The notes beneath the pieces were generated by a model, which saw only the letters and a program-made list of their open reading frames with translations, was not told where the DNA came from and made no database searches. 64,000 nt of DNA. It comes from Camelus dromedarius. Its lineage: Eukaryota. Both the position numbers and the translations under genes were made by a program. Of the stretch, positions 1 through 13,921 are shown piece after piece. The DNA is taken from assembly GCF_036321535.1 (NCBI RefSeq), contig NC_087437.1, positions 47,184,001-47,248,000 on the forward strand. The letters are read 5' to 3'. Positions within the stretch are counted from its first letter, which is position 1. The number at the start of each line of letters is the position of its first letter.

Positions 1-310
1 CACCAACCTAGAGTGCTTTGATTGGACTATACCAAGGTGGGACATTGATTCTTTCTTGGTTGGATATAAGAAAGAAGTTTAAATGAGTTAAGTGGGTTGC
101 AAGCCTGGTTAACCAGAAGAATGGTGGTCACATTAACACAAATAATCAATATAGAAGGAGTATGTTTGAGAGAACATAGAATCAATTCAACATCAGACTT
201 TAAGTCTGAGACTCCAGTAAGGACTCTAAATGAACAATGGCTATCTAACAATTGGAAGTGGATTAGCATTCAGGAGAGATTTCAAGATAGAACTTAGGAA
301 TCATCTATGC
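1..310 (-). mobile_element. Degraded L2 LINE fragment
   Basis: Purine-rich stretch resembling antisense L2 ORF2 (e.g. 'aacaattggaagtggattagcattcaggagagatt...ttaggaatcatc'); recalled consensus, highly diverged. Confidence 0.5.
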
Positions 311-734
311 CAAAGGAATGGCTGAAGCCAAAGAACCCAAATCCTGCACAATATTTAGTGCAGGGCTTTTCAAACTGTGTTCCGTGGTGTGTCGGTATTC
401 CTTAGACAGGCAGCAGAGAAAGTCCAGCTGCCTAGGCTTTGAGCTTCAGGCACTGCTTCAAACAACACAGGATCACATTTATCTGATTTATATTGAATTT
501 CTGAGTCAGAGTTTGTTTAATAAAATAAAATTTTGCAGCTAAAAGAAATGTCTGCAGCACTGATTTAGTAGGTATTGTCTCTCCCTGTTCTAATGCCTTT
601 GCCTCTTGCAGCATCACAGTCCCCACACAGAGAGACACATGGCAGTGATAAATCGTTGCCTTGAATTTAGTTTTGATAGTGAACAAACACTTGCCACCAG
701 GGACTCTGAATAATATTCAGGTGACTCATATCTA

Positions 735-960
735 GCGTGTGATTTAGAAAATATTTCGATGTTTTAATCCGGTTCCAGTTCAATGAATTAGTTACAGGTT
801 CAAACCAGTTCACTAGGGTTTAATGAAAAATTAAAAAAAAAACACTTTGTTTCATTTCTCAGTTCAGTAGAAAATAAAAACAGTAATGTTTGGATTTGAT
901 TTAAGGATCAGCAAATTTATATAATTCATTCCAAGTTTTCCTTCATGGTTTGCCTCTGTA
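735..960. mobile_element. Possible ancient DNA-transposon relic (family unassigned)
   Basis: Repeated ggttc/cagttc motifs ('ccggttccagttc','ggttcaaaccagttca') as in subterminal repeats of old hAT elements; no clean TIR or TSD seen. Confidence 0.25.
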
Positions 961-965
961 CTCAC

Positions 966-1376
966 TGTAGGGGAAAATGCCCTGTAGATATCTACAAATT
1001 AATACTGATGGACTGTATGCAAGCCCTGCACTTAAAATGACTGGTCAGAGCCAACCACGATGTCATGGAGCAAACCCTAGGTAGCCCTTTCCTTGAGTGC
1101 TGAGCAAGACTTAGGTAGAGTTTCACAGGGAGAACACCTGCCTAGGAGCTCTCCTGAGAGAAAGTCTCAGATCACAGGATACCCCAAAGACAATTGCACC
1201 ACAGGGATGAGAAGTTACATCAGACACAGATGCCTACTTGAGAGCCTCAAGTTTCATGTGAATTAGCACCTACTTGTTATTTCTGTCTGGGCCCAATTCC
1301 CAGATCTGTTAGTTCACCCAAGGCCCCTCATCCATAGGAGACTTGAGCCATGCCAGGGCAAATTTAAACTGCTACA
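966..1376. mobile_element. Possible old solo LTR
   Basis: About 410 bp bounded by inverted tgtag...ctaca termini, GC-richer than flanks; no TSD retained. Confidence 0.3.
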
Positions 1377-1879
1377 AGCATTCAAGTAAGGGCAGATCCT
1401 GGCTTTCCTTTAATCAAGCCTCAGAGAATTAAAACAGAAACAAAACCAAAAAAATACCTGTTTCCAGTGTATCTATTTCTTCTACCTCTTTATTGGTTGA
1501 TACCCAGCCCATGAACAGCTCAATTTTTTAAAAAATGTTTCTCATTATTGCCTTAGATTTTTGAAAATACACAAATTCATTTTAGCAGCTGCAAAATGTC
1601 TTCACAAAAGTGTCTAAAGAAAATGGCTCAATTCCACTGCAGAAAATGTGTAATATTGCCTAGAGTCAATTTCTCCATTTTAAACATACTCATTGAGATG
1701 ATTCATCATTTATTCAGTGTGATCCATCTGCCCTCTACATTAGTAATCTGTACAATACCTTGAATTGGGGGGCCTCTCAGAAGAAATCAAATAGCTTTCC
1801 ATTTTCTAACCTACACCAACAGCTCTATCAGGAACAGGGAGAGCAGCTTGCCTTCTTTAGGCTGTACATTATGAGGCCT

Positions 1880-2090
1880 AGAACAGTGTGAAATAGGGGA
1901 GGAGGAGATGGGGCTGGCAGACAACCTTGGGTTCAAATCCCAGCTCTTCACCTACTTGTTATGCAGATTTGGGCAAGTTACTTAATTTTTCTGAACCTGC
2001 CTCCTCCTCTGCAAAATGGACTGTCGGGTGGATTCAAAGAGATAATATGCCTCATACCTGGCACATAGAATATGTTCAGTACACCTTTGT
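1880..2090 (+). mobile_element. MIR SINE
   Basis: Core 'gggttcaaatcccagctcttcacctacttg...ttgggcaagttacttaa...ctgcaaaatgg' and tail 'cctggcacatag'. Confidence 0.85.
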
Positions 2091-2319
2091 TCACTTTCCT
2101 ACCCTGCTCAGATAAATCAGGGGTCTTCTGCTCATGTCCTTTCATGTGTATTTGCTGCAAAAGGTAAAACCTCAACAGGATTTACCCTAAAAAATGAGAC
2201 TTGAGTTCAACCTAAGATACCACTGAGAAAAACAGAAAATAGTAGGAAAAGCTTCTGCAAACGTCCATTGCTGGTAATGTTCACTCAGGCAATACATAAG
2301 ATTGTGCAAAAAAGCAAAG

Positions 2320-2535
2320 AGGACCTGGAATTAGGCAGACTTGAATTTGAACACCAGTTCTGCCACTGATTAAATGTCAGAACTGAGCAACTTATTTAAC
2401 ATTTCTGAACATTTGTTCCTCATCTATAAAGTTAAAATTATAATAAAGGCTTCTATGTGCAGTTGTGGGAAGGACTGAATAAAATAATGTAAGTAAAATG
2501 CCTGGCACATGGTAAGCGTTTACTGTAACTATGTT
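2320..2535 (+). mobile_element. MIR SINE
   Basis: 'ttctgccactga...cctcatctataaa...gtaaaatgcctggcacatggtaagcgtt'. Confidence 0.85.
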
Positions 2536-5204
2536 ACCTTACGCTGGCCAATGGTGCAATCTGAGATTATAAAAGCAATTTATATATGCTTACCTATCCT
2601 TTGTAAAATAATTAAGTACTATTAATACCAACTTGTTAATTGCCTCATTGAGGTTTAAAGGCTTGAGTCAGCTAGATTACTGACAAACTTTGAGATTTAT
2701 TTAATTCCCTCTTTATTAAAAGCCTAAGCTTTAAAAGTGACCAGAAAGGAAAGCTGGAAGCCTTTATATTCATTCATTATTGTCCTGATCTCTTGGTTAT
2801 CGGGTATTGTTTTCTCTTAAATATCCCACTATGAAGAAAATACTAAGATCAGTTTATACTATGTCATTTCATTAATTTTGCCTTTGAAATGAGTTCAAAG
2901 TCTGATTGCATGGCTTTGAATATCCATTTAGAGAATTATACTAGAATGTCCTAGGAGGATATTTTCATGTTCAGTTCGGATCTTCATCTCCAGATTGATG
3001 CTGAAACTCAAAACCCCTAGTCCTTTTTTAAGGAATTTTCACATTTGTTCTCTCAGTGCATCAGACAAATATCTCATTTTGACTTATTTCAGTTTCATAA
3101 TTGCATTCTCCAGAAAACAACTTTCCCAAATGTTCAGATACCTCCTCAACTTTGTCCCTGAAAACCTTTTGTCAACTTTCTCTCATCAGGGTGACCATTT
3201 GATTTACAGTCGTAGGTGGAAAAGAATAGACCCACAGCTGCTTATTATGCTGCTCTATCTCCACCTGTATTATATGAGCCGTTTCAACCCTGATTATGCT
3301 AATCGGGTAACATTGTATTTGAATAAGTTGTTGCTTCTCAAAGACTAAGAATGACATTAAAGAGATAGCACTCAGTGCAATCAAATATTCTGCTCCTGTA
3401 TTTCAGTCACTAATTTTCCAAAGGAAAACCAAGAATATAAATTTTGATACAAGAACAAAAGTGAAACTTGAAATCTAGAAAATGCTAAAGAAGCCAGCTG
3501 TAATTGTACAGAAACAGCAGTGTGAATCTTCCGGCCAATGTCTGTGAGTGCAAACTAACTATTTAGCTAGTTTTAATTAGGTAAACAGCTTAGCGCTAAA
3601 TTAACTATATAAGATTTCATTCCATGTTTCAACATTTTCAAAATACATTCATACCCATACTTTAAATGTGAGTGATTCTAGAGACTGGTTATTATGTGAT
3701 TCATAGAGCCAGCCTTCCCTAGCCAGCCCAGCCACCACCTTTCTTCACCCTCCTCCTTAAACACTTCTCTCTTGGATTCTGCATTAATACTTAACGCTGT
3801 AAGGAGAACTGAGCATGAGGAGTGAAGAGCACTGGGCTTTCCTCTTTGAATCAGACTCTGTCCCCACTTGATCTTGTAATAAATATTTCCTACAAAGGAA
3901 ACCTGTGATAGGAAAAATAACGATTCTGGTTTTCACCAATTAAAGTGCATTTATCATTTAACTTCCTATAACACAGAACACAAATCAGAGAATAAATGTG
4001 GTCAAATAGTGGTGAAGGTACGTTAACCATCACTTCTGAGATTAGAGAATGAGGTTTGATGATTGTGATCTAGCGATGTTCTCAGTGAATTACAGTCTAA
4101 AACTATAGAAAAAACAATGAGTTTTTGTAAATTCCAAGTTCAGAGTATGATTCCAATGAATTGAAGAACCATTATTGGAAGATGCAACTGCAAAATTTTT
4201 TTCCCATATGTTCAAGGAACATATGTTCCATATGTTCGACTCTCCTGAGGGAGGTCATTTTCTGGCTTCTGTATTAAGGAGGACTATATTGTCTCCTGGG
4301 ATTGGGGGAAGGGAAAAGCATGCTAAAGAAAGGGAAATGCTCAAATGCCTATGTCTTTTGAAGAATTCTAGTTGAGTTGCCCTGGACAGAATACTTCCAA
4401 CTGTGTGTGTATTTTTTAACCATTACATTTATATCTGAGAAAACACACTAAGTTTTAAATTGCTCATAGTCTAAAAATATGGACTGATTTCCCTATAAGA
4501 TCTATAGTCTACTTAAGTACCTTCTCCTGATATGATTGCAGAAATACAATATTCACTTGTTTAACTGAAGTAAATTTAATTAAATTTAATGTATGTAATG
4601 AATATTTTCATTCAGAACATTCCTTTTTGCTAATATTTTTTAAATCTCCTAATTATCTGCATCATAACCCCGAACTCCTTATTCCAAGTCCCAGTTATTT
4701 TTCCAAATTTCTATTCCTTGACTTCCTTCCTGCATTTTTAGTACCAGCCATATTGAATTACTCACTGTAATTCAGTGTTTATAGAATGTGTTAAATTTTC
4801 CTACAGTTGTACATATAGTCACACCACTTTCTCTCCCTGGATTTGTTTATCATAAATAGTAGGTTCTGTGGTATAGAGACGCAAGGATGAACCGAAAGCA
4901 GTTCTGTAGGAAAAATTAACAGAGGCAGATGGTATAATTAATCTCTCTCAGGGTCAGAGGAACAGGGGGTGGCAAAAGACAAATTCTTTATCAAAGTCTG
5001 GGGGGCTGGGTCAAGATCAAAGTCAAGACCCTATCTGTAGGGTCTGATTTGGTTGGGGTGAGGATGGGAGGTTTGGGAAGCATTAAGATACTGAAATCAC
5101 ATTGGGACTCTCTGCCATGGATCAGAGAGATCCAGAAAAACATAAATAGGGTCCTGCTCTGAGGAATACAGCTACTAATATTCTAAGATCACAGTCATCT
5201 TTGT

Positions 5205-5330
5205 TATAAAACATTTATTGAGTACCTGCTATGTGAAAAGCTTTGTACCAGCTACTGATAGATACATAAAGATCAATAAGACAAATTATTTGACCTCAAA
5301 GAAATATGCAATGAATACAGATAATTCAAG
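5205..5330 (-). mobile_element. L2 3' end fragment
   Basis: 'aacatttattgagtacctgctatgtg...ataagaca' is the antisense L2 tail. Confidence 0.65.
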
Positions 5331-7048
5331 AAGTGAATGAAAGGCCAAGGAGATGTGGTGAGGTTACAAACTGAACCCCCTCAAGAAGTTTGGGCCCATT
5401 TAGAGTGAACAAGGGATATTTTGTACCCTTCAAGGGCAATTTGCATTACAAATCATTACACAGTAACCAGCTTATGTGGGCAATGGTTTTGAGAAATCTA
5501 AAATGATGCAATAATATTTAATATACTCCCAATGTTAATAAGCATTACCAAGATATTCACTTTTATAGTTATGCCCTAATATAGTTCTGGATCTCTATGC
5601 TAAGGGAAGGTCTCACCCTATCCCAGTGTCCACCATATTGCCTCTCTCCTGCCCTTACTTCCATATATGAATGACCACAAAGTTCACTTCCCTGAAGTTG
5701 CTTTAAGAGACTCTGCTACCACTGAACCATTTGTGTTCATGTGAGGACCATGGCAAGCAAGGTAGTGTCAAGGGATAACCTGCGAAGGCTTTAATTCCTT
5801 CCTTCGCTAACAATTTCCATCAACACTCCAAGAATCCCCTGCTAACTAAACCTACAGTCTAGGTTAAAATGTATGTTTGAAACAATATCAGTTTCAAAAT
5901 AAGTGTCTTAGCACCACCTTCCAACAAGATTGCCACCCTTGAAAAGCTCCCCTATAAAGTAACTGTTAATGGCAAGATCATGGACTATTGAGATCTTTCA
6001 ATTACAGTCACAGAGAGAGTGACCCCTTCCAAACTCTTTGCTATGCTTTTTCACATGAACCCCAACCAGGCTTAGGGTGGGTCTAGAATATCACAAATTC
6101 TTTGTTGAAAACAGTTGTGTTAGCCTCTGGTGCTTAGAGCTATACCATGGGCTTCAGATACTAGTTTACAGTAAACCCAAGGAAGTGACAGGATAACAGA
6201 CATCATGCTATTTCCTCCATCCTTCTTCTTTCCTTTTTTTTCTTATCTTTACCTTCTCAGACACAAAATGGAAGCTATTATATGTATCAGTAGATGCAAA
6301 CTGATGTGGAGGATAGGGGCCTGTGCTTCAGATCTGCTGAGAAACCTGTTCCGTAATATTAGTGAGCTCTGGTCTTGAGGTCAAAAATGCCAGAAGAGTT
6401 TTCAGAAAAATTTCCGTGAGAGCCTAACCAATCAGCTTTCGTGTTTTAAGAAGAAAATTACAATTATCTGGAACACCTTCTTCATCAGTACTGGTCATTG
6501 TGTGAGGCATTATTTACAAGCAAAAAAACCAAACCAAAAAATTCAATAAAACTACACAGCATCCCTAAGTCAGAGGAAGTTTTTCCACTGACTCCTGATG
6601 GAAGCTTAACTTTCAAAAGGGTTCAGATAAATGAACTTCAAAAAAGGCTGAGACATTTTCTATTGTTCTTAACATGATCTTTGGAGGTGAAAATTACTTC
6701 TCACTCACTACCCAACCTTCTTGGCTGTTTTCCCACTTGAGTTTCATTCCTCTCTATGGCTGATAAGCCTCTCAGTGCCTTCTGAAATTTCAGGGAAAGA
6801 CATCATTCACAGTGGTGCTTCCTGCCTAACACGGGCCAAAAAGGGACTGACAAGTTATTAGTGTTGTCAGTCACCGTTTCACTGGGAAAACAGGCGGGGG
6901 CACCCATGCTTCTTAGCCAAAGGAGCCTGTATGCATTTCACCCCACTGTCCACAACAAGCCAACAAAACGACTCAGCTTCTGCATGTCCAGCTGGCATTC
7001 CTTGATCCCCTTTTGCTGCCACATTTTGGTACAAATAGCACACAGTGG

Positions 7049-7532
7049 TGTTAACCAAGAATTCCAAGAGCAGAGACACAGTTAAGGCAAAAAAAGGGGG
7101 GGAGGCATTTATTTGGGGTTTATTAGGACTGCAGCCCAGAAGACATATATCCTGTAAAACAGGCAACATTTATAAAGGCAAAAGAACACAAGGTTACATA
7201 AAGTGTTCATCAGGAATTAGGATTGGAGCTGGCAAGAATTAAGGGTACTTGTTAAGCAGGGATTGGGTGGGGTTTGAAATGATTAAACAGCTGTGAAGTG
7301 AGGAGGCGGGTAGGAACCTCAAAACTACAAGGTTGCAGCTAGCAGCTGCTAGCAGATATTGTTTTAAAAATAGCTGCTGGTGCCCTTGAATGTGATACAG
7401 TTCAGAGAATTCAGGTTCTCAGTGATGCAAGAACCTGTCTGAAATTGCATCCACAATGGCCACCTGGCTCCATTTTGGATGACTGAACCATAGTTACTCC
7501 ATTTTGATTTTTAAATGATCTTAGATATGTCA
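7049..7532 (-). mobile_element. ERV1-type (MER4-group-like) solo LTR
   Basis: TG...CA bounded; antisense polyA signal (tttatt ~7108) and TATA (tttata ~7168); minus-strand 'aaaatcaaaatggagtaac...caaaatggagccagg' typical of MER4-group LTR starts; right boundary uncertain. Confidence 0.6.
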
Positions 7533-10500
7533 CTAATGGACACTGGATGGATGCATGCATGAATGGATAATGGGTCCTGACTGCAGCCAGAGTATTTAAA
7601 GAACTAGAGAAGGAAACTCAAACTCAGATGTGCCATTTGTTGCAATTCAAATTAAGGGATTTGGTGAAAGAATGTGGGACTAAAGCTACTGAAAAAAATT
7701 TAGCTTTTGGATTTCAGATTCTCTTGCCACTTCTCTGGCTAACTAATTTGTGTTTAACTAAACGTTTTAAATAGCATTAATATCATTCTTAATCCATACA
7801 AGAATCACCAGCATACCGAATCTAGTTGTTAATTCTATGGAGGAAACAACGATTCTAGCCACAGCTTCGTATCATGCATGGTTTCCAATTTTGCCTAGAA
7901 AATGCTTTCCTTTAAAATAAAAATATGGCCTGTTTAGTTTGCATTCACTGCAACAGGTTGACAATGCAACAGGTTTGAGAGCAGTTTAATTGAAGTCATG
8001 AATTATTCTGTATCATCTGGGAGGCAAGACCATGTTATTCTGATGCTTTTGTTTCTTTTGGAAACAAAATAGCATGATGCCTCAGGCACTGCACACATCT
8101 CGAAACAAGGCACCAAACACAGGGCCCTGTGTGACTGCTGGGTGTGTCCCTCTGCCTTTATCCCATAACAACAACACTGCAGCGCAGAGTGTCTAGATCA
8201 AGGGGAAAAGGCAGCACACAGAATATGCTCTTAAACCCTCGGATCAAACTAAGACCCCGAATTTGGTCCGGTGGTGCAAAACCCAATGCTACACTCCTTA
8301 AAAGCCAAAATAAACAACTGCCATCCTTCTGATACAGGATCTGAAGGAGAAATGTTTAAGAAGGCAGGATGAAGGTAACAAATTTATGTAGCAACCACAG
8401 GCCTCTACTTACTTGAACTGGCGAACTCTAACAGAGGCCTTTGAGGTGGGAGGTCGTGGTCTCCTGGGGTGAAACAGATGGAGGCAGTGGAGGGCCCAGT
8501 GGTGAAAGTCTGAGCCCAGCGAAAAGGAAAAGTTTCCCCTCTTCCACCCAATGTGGAATATATTGAGGCTCCTGGACTGGAGATCAAAGGGTGCTGGTCT
8601 CTGCTTTGGTGTACGATTTTTCAGCTCTGGGACACAGCAGGAGACAAAGCCTGGAGAAGGGCCAGCAGTGCCCATAGACAAAGACTTGATTGAGCAAATG
8701 CTCAACAGCCCAGGTGATGAGCCAAAATACCTGCTTGGGGAGGGTACTTGACCAGTGTGCTTGAACTGGGGAGAGCTAAGAGCACAATTGGGAGACAAAA
8801 CATTAATTTGTTTTGCTCCCTACCAATAGGCTGATGAGGCCATACAGGTTATTTAGACAAGTCTCCAACAGACATGGGTTTCCAGCTTTCAAGTGTTATG
8901 GTATCCCTCACACAGTTACGCATACAAAAACATATACACACGTACAAAAACATACCTTCTTCACAATGAGCTCAGTTTTCACACCAGACAGAGGGAAAAG
9001 CAAAAGATAGCTTTAGATGCAGCAGCAGTGGAATAGCTCTGAGAGGCTCCACTTCATAGATTTCTGTAAATTAACAGAAATATCATTTGGCATCCTGCAA
9101 TATTCTCCACACCAAGGTTCTCGTCACTTATAACACAGCTCTCACCAGTCTCCTTCTTCAAAATTCCTTCTTCACCCCGACTGTGTGGTCAGGTCAGAGA
9201 GCTGGAAAACCTTCCACTCAGATATGCATTCTGTGTCTCCTTCACACACCAATCATTCACCCCTGAGTCCATATGGCCACATTTAAATATTTATATTTTG
9301 GCATAAAATTATTTCTTTAGCTTATTATCATTGTAAAAATCACTGTGTGGTCAATGTTTTATTATTATAATTATAATAATCAAATATTTTAATTATTGCT
9401 CATTGCCTACTAATTCATAGTCATTAGTATCACAAACAATTGTTACTGCTAGGGTTTCATAATTCTGTTGACATCACTGTTTCCAAGATGCAGAAAGGAT
9501 ATTCCACCTGTACACCCCACACAGTCTGTGGTTTGTTCATTTTTACCAAACTACAAAGTAATGTTGGACTTAAGGTTTAAAATTAGATCTAATAAATAAT
9601 TCATTATTTGAGTAGTTGATGTGATCAGAACCTGCAAGTCAGATACAACAATAAATCTGTGTCTCATTTCTTCCCAATTTTCCAACCCCAAGTCAGGGAT
9701 TCAGGGCAAATTACTTCTCAAACAAAATGTCCCTTCAATTTAGATGAATTATGCTTCTCAGAGGTATCATTTACAAATGCAAATAGAGGAACCCATTAAT
9801 TAGTTGCCTTGTGAGATCACTGTGTGTTGGGGACTTAAAAATGATGAGAAAGAAAAATGCACTCCCCAAGCCTCTTAGTATCTTGAACCTTCCAGTGTTG
9901 TATTCCTCTTCAGGAGAAACAAATATGCAAAATTTGTGTAGTAACCCAAGGGAGCCATATGGGGCCTCTTTCTAAGAATCATCTTTCTCTACCATTGGGG
10001 TCTCTTCTGAGCATTGCTTTTTCTTTTCCTGAGGTCAGCAGTTTCTTGTGACACAGGGGTGGGCAGAATTATCTTATGGCACAGGGGTGTTTTGGGGAGA
10101 CATGTCTCGTGACACAGCAGAATTGTCACTGGTGGAGGGCAGGTGAGCAGAACCTTCATCAGTACCTAATAAGCTTTACAGGTTACTTAATGACACTGAT
10201 CTTAAGTCTCCTCATCTTTTACAGAGAAAGTTTCTAAGGTCCCACACCATCTGATTCTAACATTCTATGGGTTGGTGTATGTAAATAATCTAACATAAGT
10301 AAAATGCAGGTCACAAGGATAGTTAATGGAGAAACCACTAACATATTCATAGCCAGAAACTGGGGCCACTAGTCAGTCACAAGGGTGATAGAAGAAACCC
10401 AAGGCTCATGATGAACCCTGCATATGGTGATTATTTTCCATCTCTGATAGACCATTATTCCCCCTTTCTAACATCTTTTTGGACATTCTTCTTGGTGGTT

Positions 10501-10559
10501 CTATGAGATGGGCTTCAAACTTAACGATATCCTTACAGTGATTTCAGTCAATTCTACTC

Positions 10560-11290
10560 CTCCTATTGTCTCTGTTTCTACTGAAGGTTCCCAGCAACCT
10601 CTTAGCTGCACCGCTTAAATGTATGAGGTGCCTCTCTGTCCCTGGAAACTCATCCAAACATAGCATGATCCCGCCCATTGTACTTCCGCAGTTCATTGCA
10701 GATGTGCCCTTTCACCGTCAGCACCTTAGTTCAGACCTCACTGTGGATTTCCACGATACCTAACTTATTCATTCACCCCTTCCCTTTCTCCTGTGGCCCA
10801 GTCTGTAAATGGCCACCAGAGTTATTATTTTCCAAAGGGTAGGTCAAGGCCTATTATTCTTAAATATATTCAATTGTATCTCAGCCTCTGCATAAAATTC
10901 AAACTCCCTAGACTGCTTCTGATTCCCACAACCTAATTTCAACAAAACTTTTTTTCATTTGTTTCCCACTGTCCTTTATTTACATTTCTCCTGGGTTTAT
11001 TCCCCTCTAGATTGCTTTCACCATTATCTCTACATGTCTAAATCTACTCTTACATCAAGGCACCAATCAAATGCTACCTCTTCTCTAAAGCTTTTCCACA
11101 TCCTCCTGCTGGAAGCAATCTTCTCTACCTCCAAACACCTACAGTGTTTAATCTACACCTCTCTTATGGTACTTCTCACTTTTTATGTTAAAATATTTTT
11201 TAAACATTTTTGACAAGAATGTAAACTTCTTAAGCAACTAATGTAGAGTGTGGATATATTATGGCCCCAATTCATATGTAGATTTAAGTT
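10560..11290 (+). mobile_element. Degraded L2 fragment
   Basis: Pyrimidine-rich L2 3' motifs 'ataaaattcaaactccctag', 'tcaaatgctacctcttc', 'gaatgtaaacttcttaag'. Confidence 0.65.
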
Positions 11291-11599
11291 ACTGAGTGTC
11301 TTATTAGAGGAGACAGATGTGAAAAAAGTACTTTTCATCCAGGAAGTATATTGGAGAGAACATATGAATTAGATGGATGGTTTAGACAGGCTATTCTGGT
11401 ATAGACTAACAAATTGTCATAGAACCCCCTCCATACAAGCCTTCTAAAATGACATTGGTTTATTTATGGCCCTTCCCAACATTCAAGTTGCTGGTCAGAT
11501 ATTTTTTTAATGTCTATGAATCCAAGTAGCATCTTAAAATATTCCTTACTTTTATGTTTATGACAGAGGCAAAGTCATGTTAGAATAATCCTAGCTGAC

Positions 11600-11835
11600 A
11601 TGTACCAGTTCTTTATTATGCACTGTTTAATATATTAAAAGCTTGTCACTGATTCTTTCATTTAATTCTCACAACAACCTGATAAGATCACATGATTTTC
11701 ACTATTTTTAGATGAGAACATTGAGGCACAGATATGTTGAATAAATTGTCCAGGATTAAACAGCTAATAAATGGAAATCCCAGAAAGTGAGCCAAAGTAA
11801 CTTGAGACTAGAACATAACCATTATACTACACTGT
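11600..11835 (-). mobile_element. MIR SINE
   Basis: 'tcatttaattctcacaacaacctg...tttagatgagaacattgaggcacaga'. Confidence 0.85.
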
Positions 11836-11839
11836 CCCT

Positions 11840-12025
11840 GGTAGAGAAGAAAGAATATTGGAGTTGGAGTTGGACAACTGTTTAATTCTGCCTCTGTTAT
11901 TTACTACTGGCTGTGTTATTTTGAAAAATAAACCACTTACCTGTCTGAGACTCACCTCATTATCTATAAAACAGTTAAAATAACACCTACCGGGCAGAGT
12001 TCTTAATAAAAATAAATAAAACAGT
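11840..12025 (+). mobile_element. MIR SINE
   Basis: 'cacttacctgtctgagactca...atctataaaa...taacacctac'. Confidence 0.7.
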
Positions 12026-12759
12026 ATCTCTGTAATCCAACCCCAGGTTCCTTACCCTCAGGAGTAGCATCCCTCTTCGGGAAAAAAGAGGCTTTTCTCA
12101 ACCTAATCCTAAGTTGTCCATTCTCCTGCTGCACGTTCCTTCGGAACTTCCACTCTCCATGAATCATCACTAACATCTAAGGCCTCCTGGGACATTAGAA
12201 AAATAGGACCCCCTAGAGCACTTTCATAGCTATGTCCACCTCTATGAAACATCAGAAGAACCTTTGAAATAGAAGTTTTTCTCTATCTTCCGGTCAAATT
12301 TTTTGTGTAACCTGCAGAACGTTCCCCTATTATTTCTGTATGGAATAAAGGCTGGAATCAGTGAGCAGTATAAGGACGTATTAACCTCATGGCTAAGAGT
12401 GGGAGAGGAAAAGATTTCCTCCTGCAGTTATGTATTTAAGTGTCTAGTATGCCTACCACAGAACAGGTGTTCAATAACTATTAGTTGTCTTTCTTTGTCC
12501 TAGACGGAAAGCAGTGCCACGTACTAGTGAAAGATTAAACAGGAAAAGAAAAACCTTCACATTTTTGTGGACTTTACAGATTGCAACTTACTACAGTCTA
12601 ATGAAATGGGCACAAGATGTAACTTCTATTGACAAGTCTCAAGGCTTGAAAAAATTTTTTCCTTTGCTTGTTAAAATTTGGATTAAAATTTTAATATTAC
12701 TTACAACCAAAAATTAATTCCCAACTCACAAAGCCAAACTTCTCATTTTCCAATAAAGA

Positions 12760-13921
12760 CCAACATATCAATTTGTCTTTCATGGATTGTTCTTTGGGTG
12801 TTGTGCCTAAAAACTTACCACCAAATGCAAGGTCACCTACATTTTCTCCTATGTTTTCCTCTGGAAGTTTTATAGTTTTGCGTTTTACATTTAGGTCTAT
12901 GATTCATTTTTAGTCAATTTTTGTAGAAGATGTAAAATCTGTCTAAGTTGGTTTGTTTGCAATTGCTCCAGCACTATTTTTTGGAAAGATTACCTTTTCT
13001 CCATTGCTCTGTCTTTGCTCCTTTGTTAAAGATCAGTTGACTATATTTATTTAAGTCTATTTCTGGGCTTTCAATTCTGTTCCAGTGATGTATGTATCTA
13101 TCATTTCACCAATACCTCACTATCTTGATTACTTTAACTTCATAGTCAGTTTTGAAATCAAGTAATATGAGTCTCATTCTTCAGTACTGTGTTAGTGATT
13201 CTAAGCTTTTTGCCTTTCCAAATAAAGTTTAGAACAGTTTGTCAATATCTACAAAATAGCTTTCTGGGATTTTGATCGGTGTTATGTAAAATCTATAGAT
13301 GAAGTTGGAAAGAACTGACGTAATACTATAGGGTCTTCTAACCAATGATCATGGAGTATCTATTTATTTGGATTTTCTTTAATTTCTTCCTCAGAGTTTT
13401 GTTGTTTTCCACATATAGTTCCTGTATATTTTGTTGAATTTATACCTAAGCATTTCTCTTTTTTGGTGGAATATTAAGTAGTACTGCTTTTCTATATTTT
13501 CAAATTCCATTTGTTTGTTGCTGGTATATATAGGAAAGCAACTGACTTTTGTACATTAACCTTGCATCCTGCAACTTTGCTATAATCACTTAATTCCAAG
13601 AGATTTTTTTTTTGATGATTCTTCAGGATTTTCTGTGTAGACAATCATATCATCTATGAACAAAGAAAGTTTTATTTCTTCTTTCCCAAACTATACGTTT
13701 TAATCCTTTTTCAGGTCTTCTTGCAGTAACTAGGGCTTTCAGTATGATGTTGAATGGGAGTGGTGAGAGAAAATTCTTCCCTTGTTCCTGATCTTAGAGG
13801 GAAAGCATTCAGTTTCTCATCATTAAGTATGATGTTAAGTGTATATTTTTTGTACTTATTCTTTATCAAGTTGAGAACGTACTTTTCACCTGCTTTATTA
13901 GAGTTTTTATCATGAATGGGA
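12760..13921 (-). mobile_element. LINE-1 ORF2 internal fragment (old L1M/L1MC-type), decayed
   Basis: T-rich antisense ORF2: 'ttttacatttaggtctatgattcatttt', 'cagcactattt', 'agtatgatgttgaatgggagtggtgagag...cttgttcctgatcttagaggga'. Confidence 0.9.

Noticed and set aside
683..710. CTCF-like gccaccaggg
   Set aside because: The 3' half (GGC) of the motif is missing
5640..6130. Protein-like short frames (e.g. NKIATLEKLPYKVTVNGK)
   Set aside because: Multiple stops and no motif I can assign
11600..12025. Adjacent oppositely oriented MIRs as a dsRNA hairpin
   Set aside because: Copies too diverged for stable pairing; such pairs are expected at this MIR density
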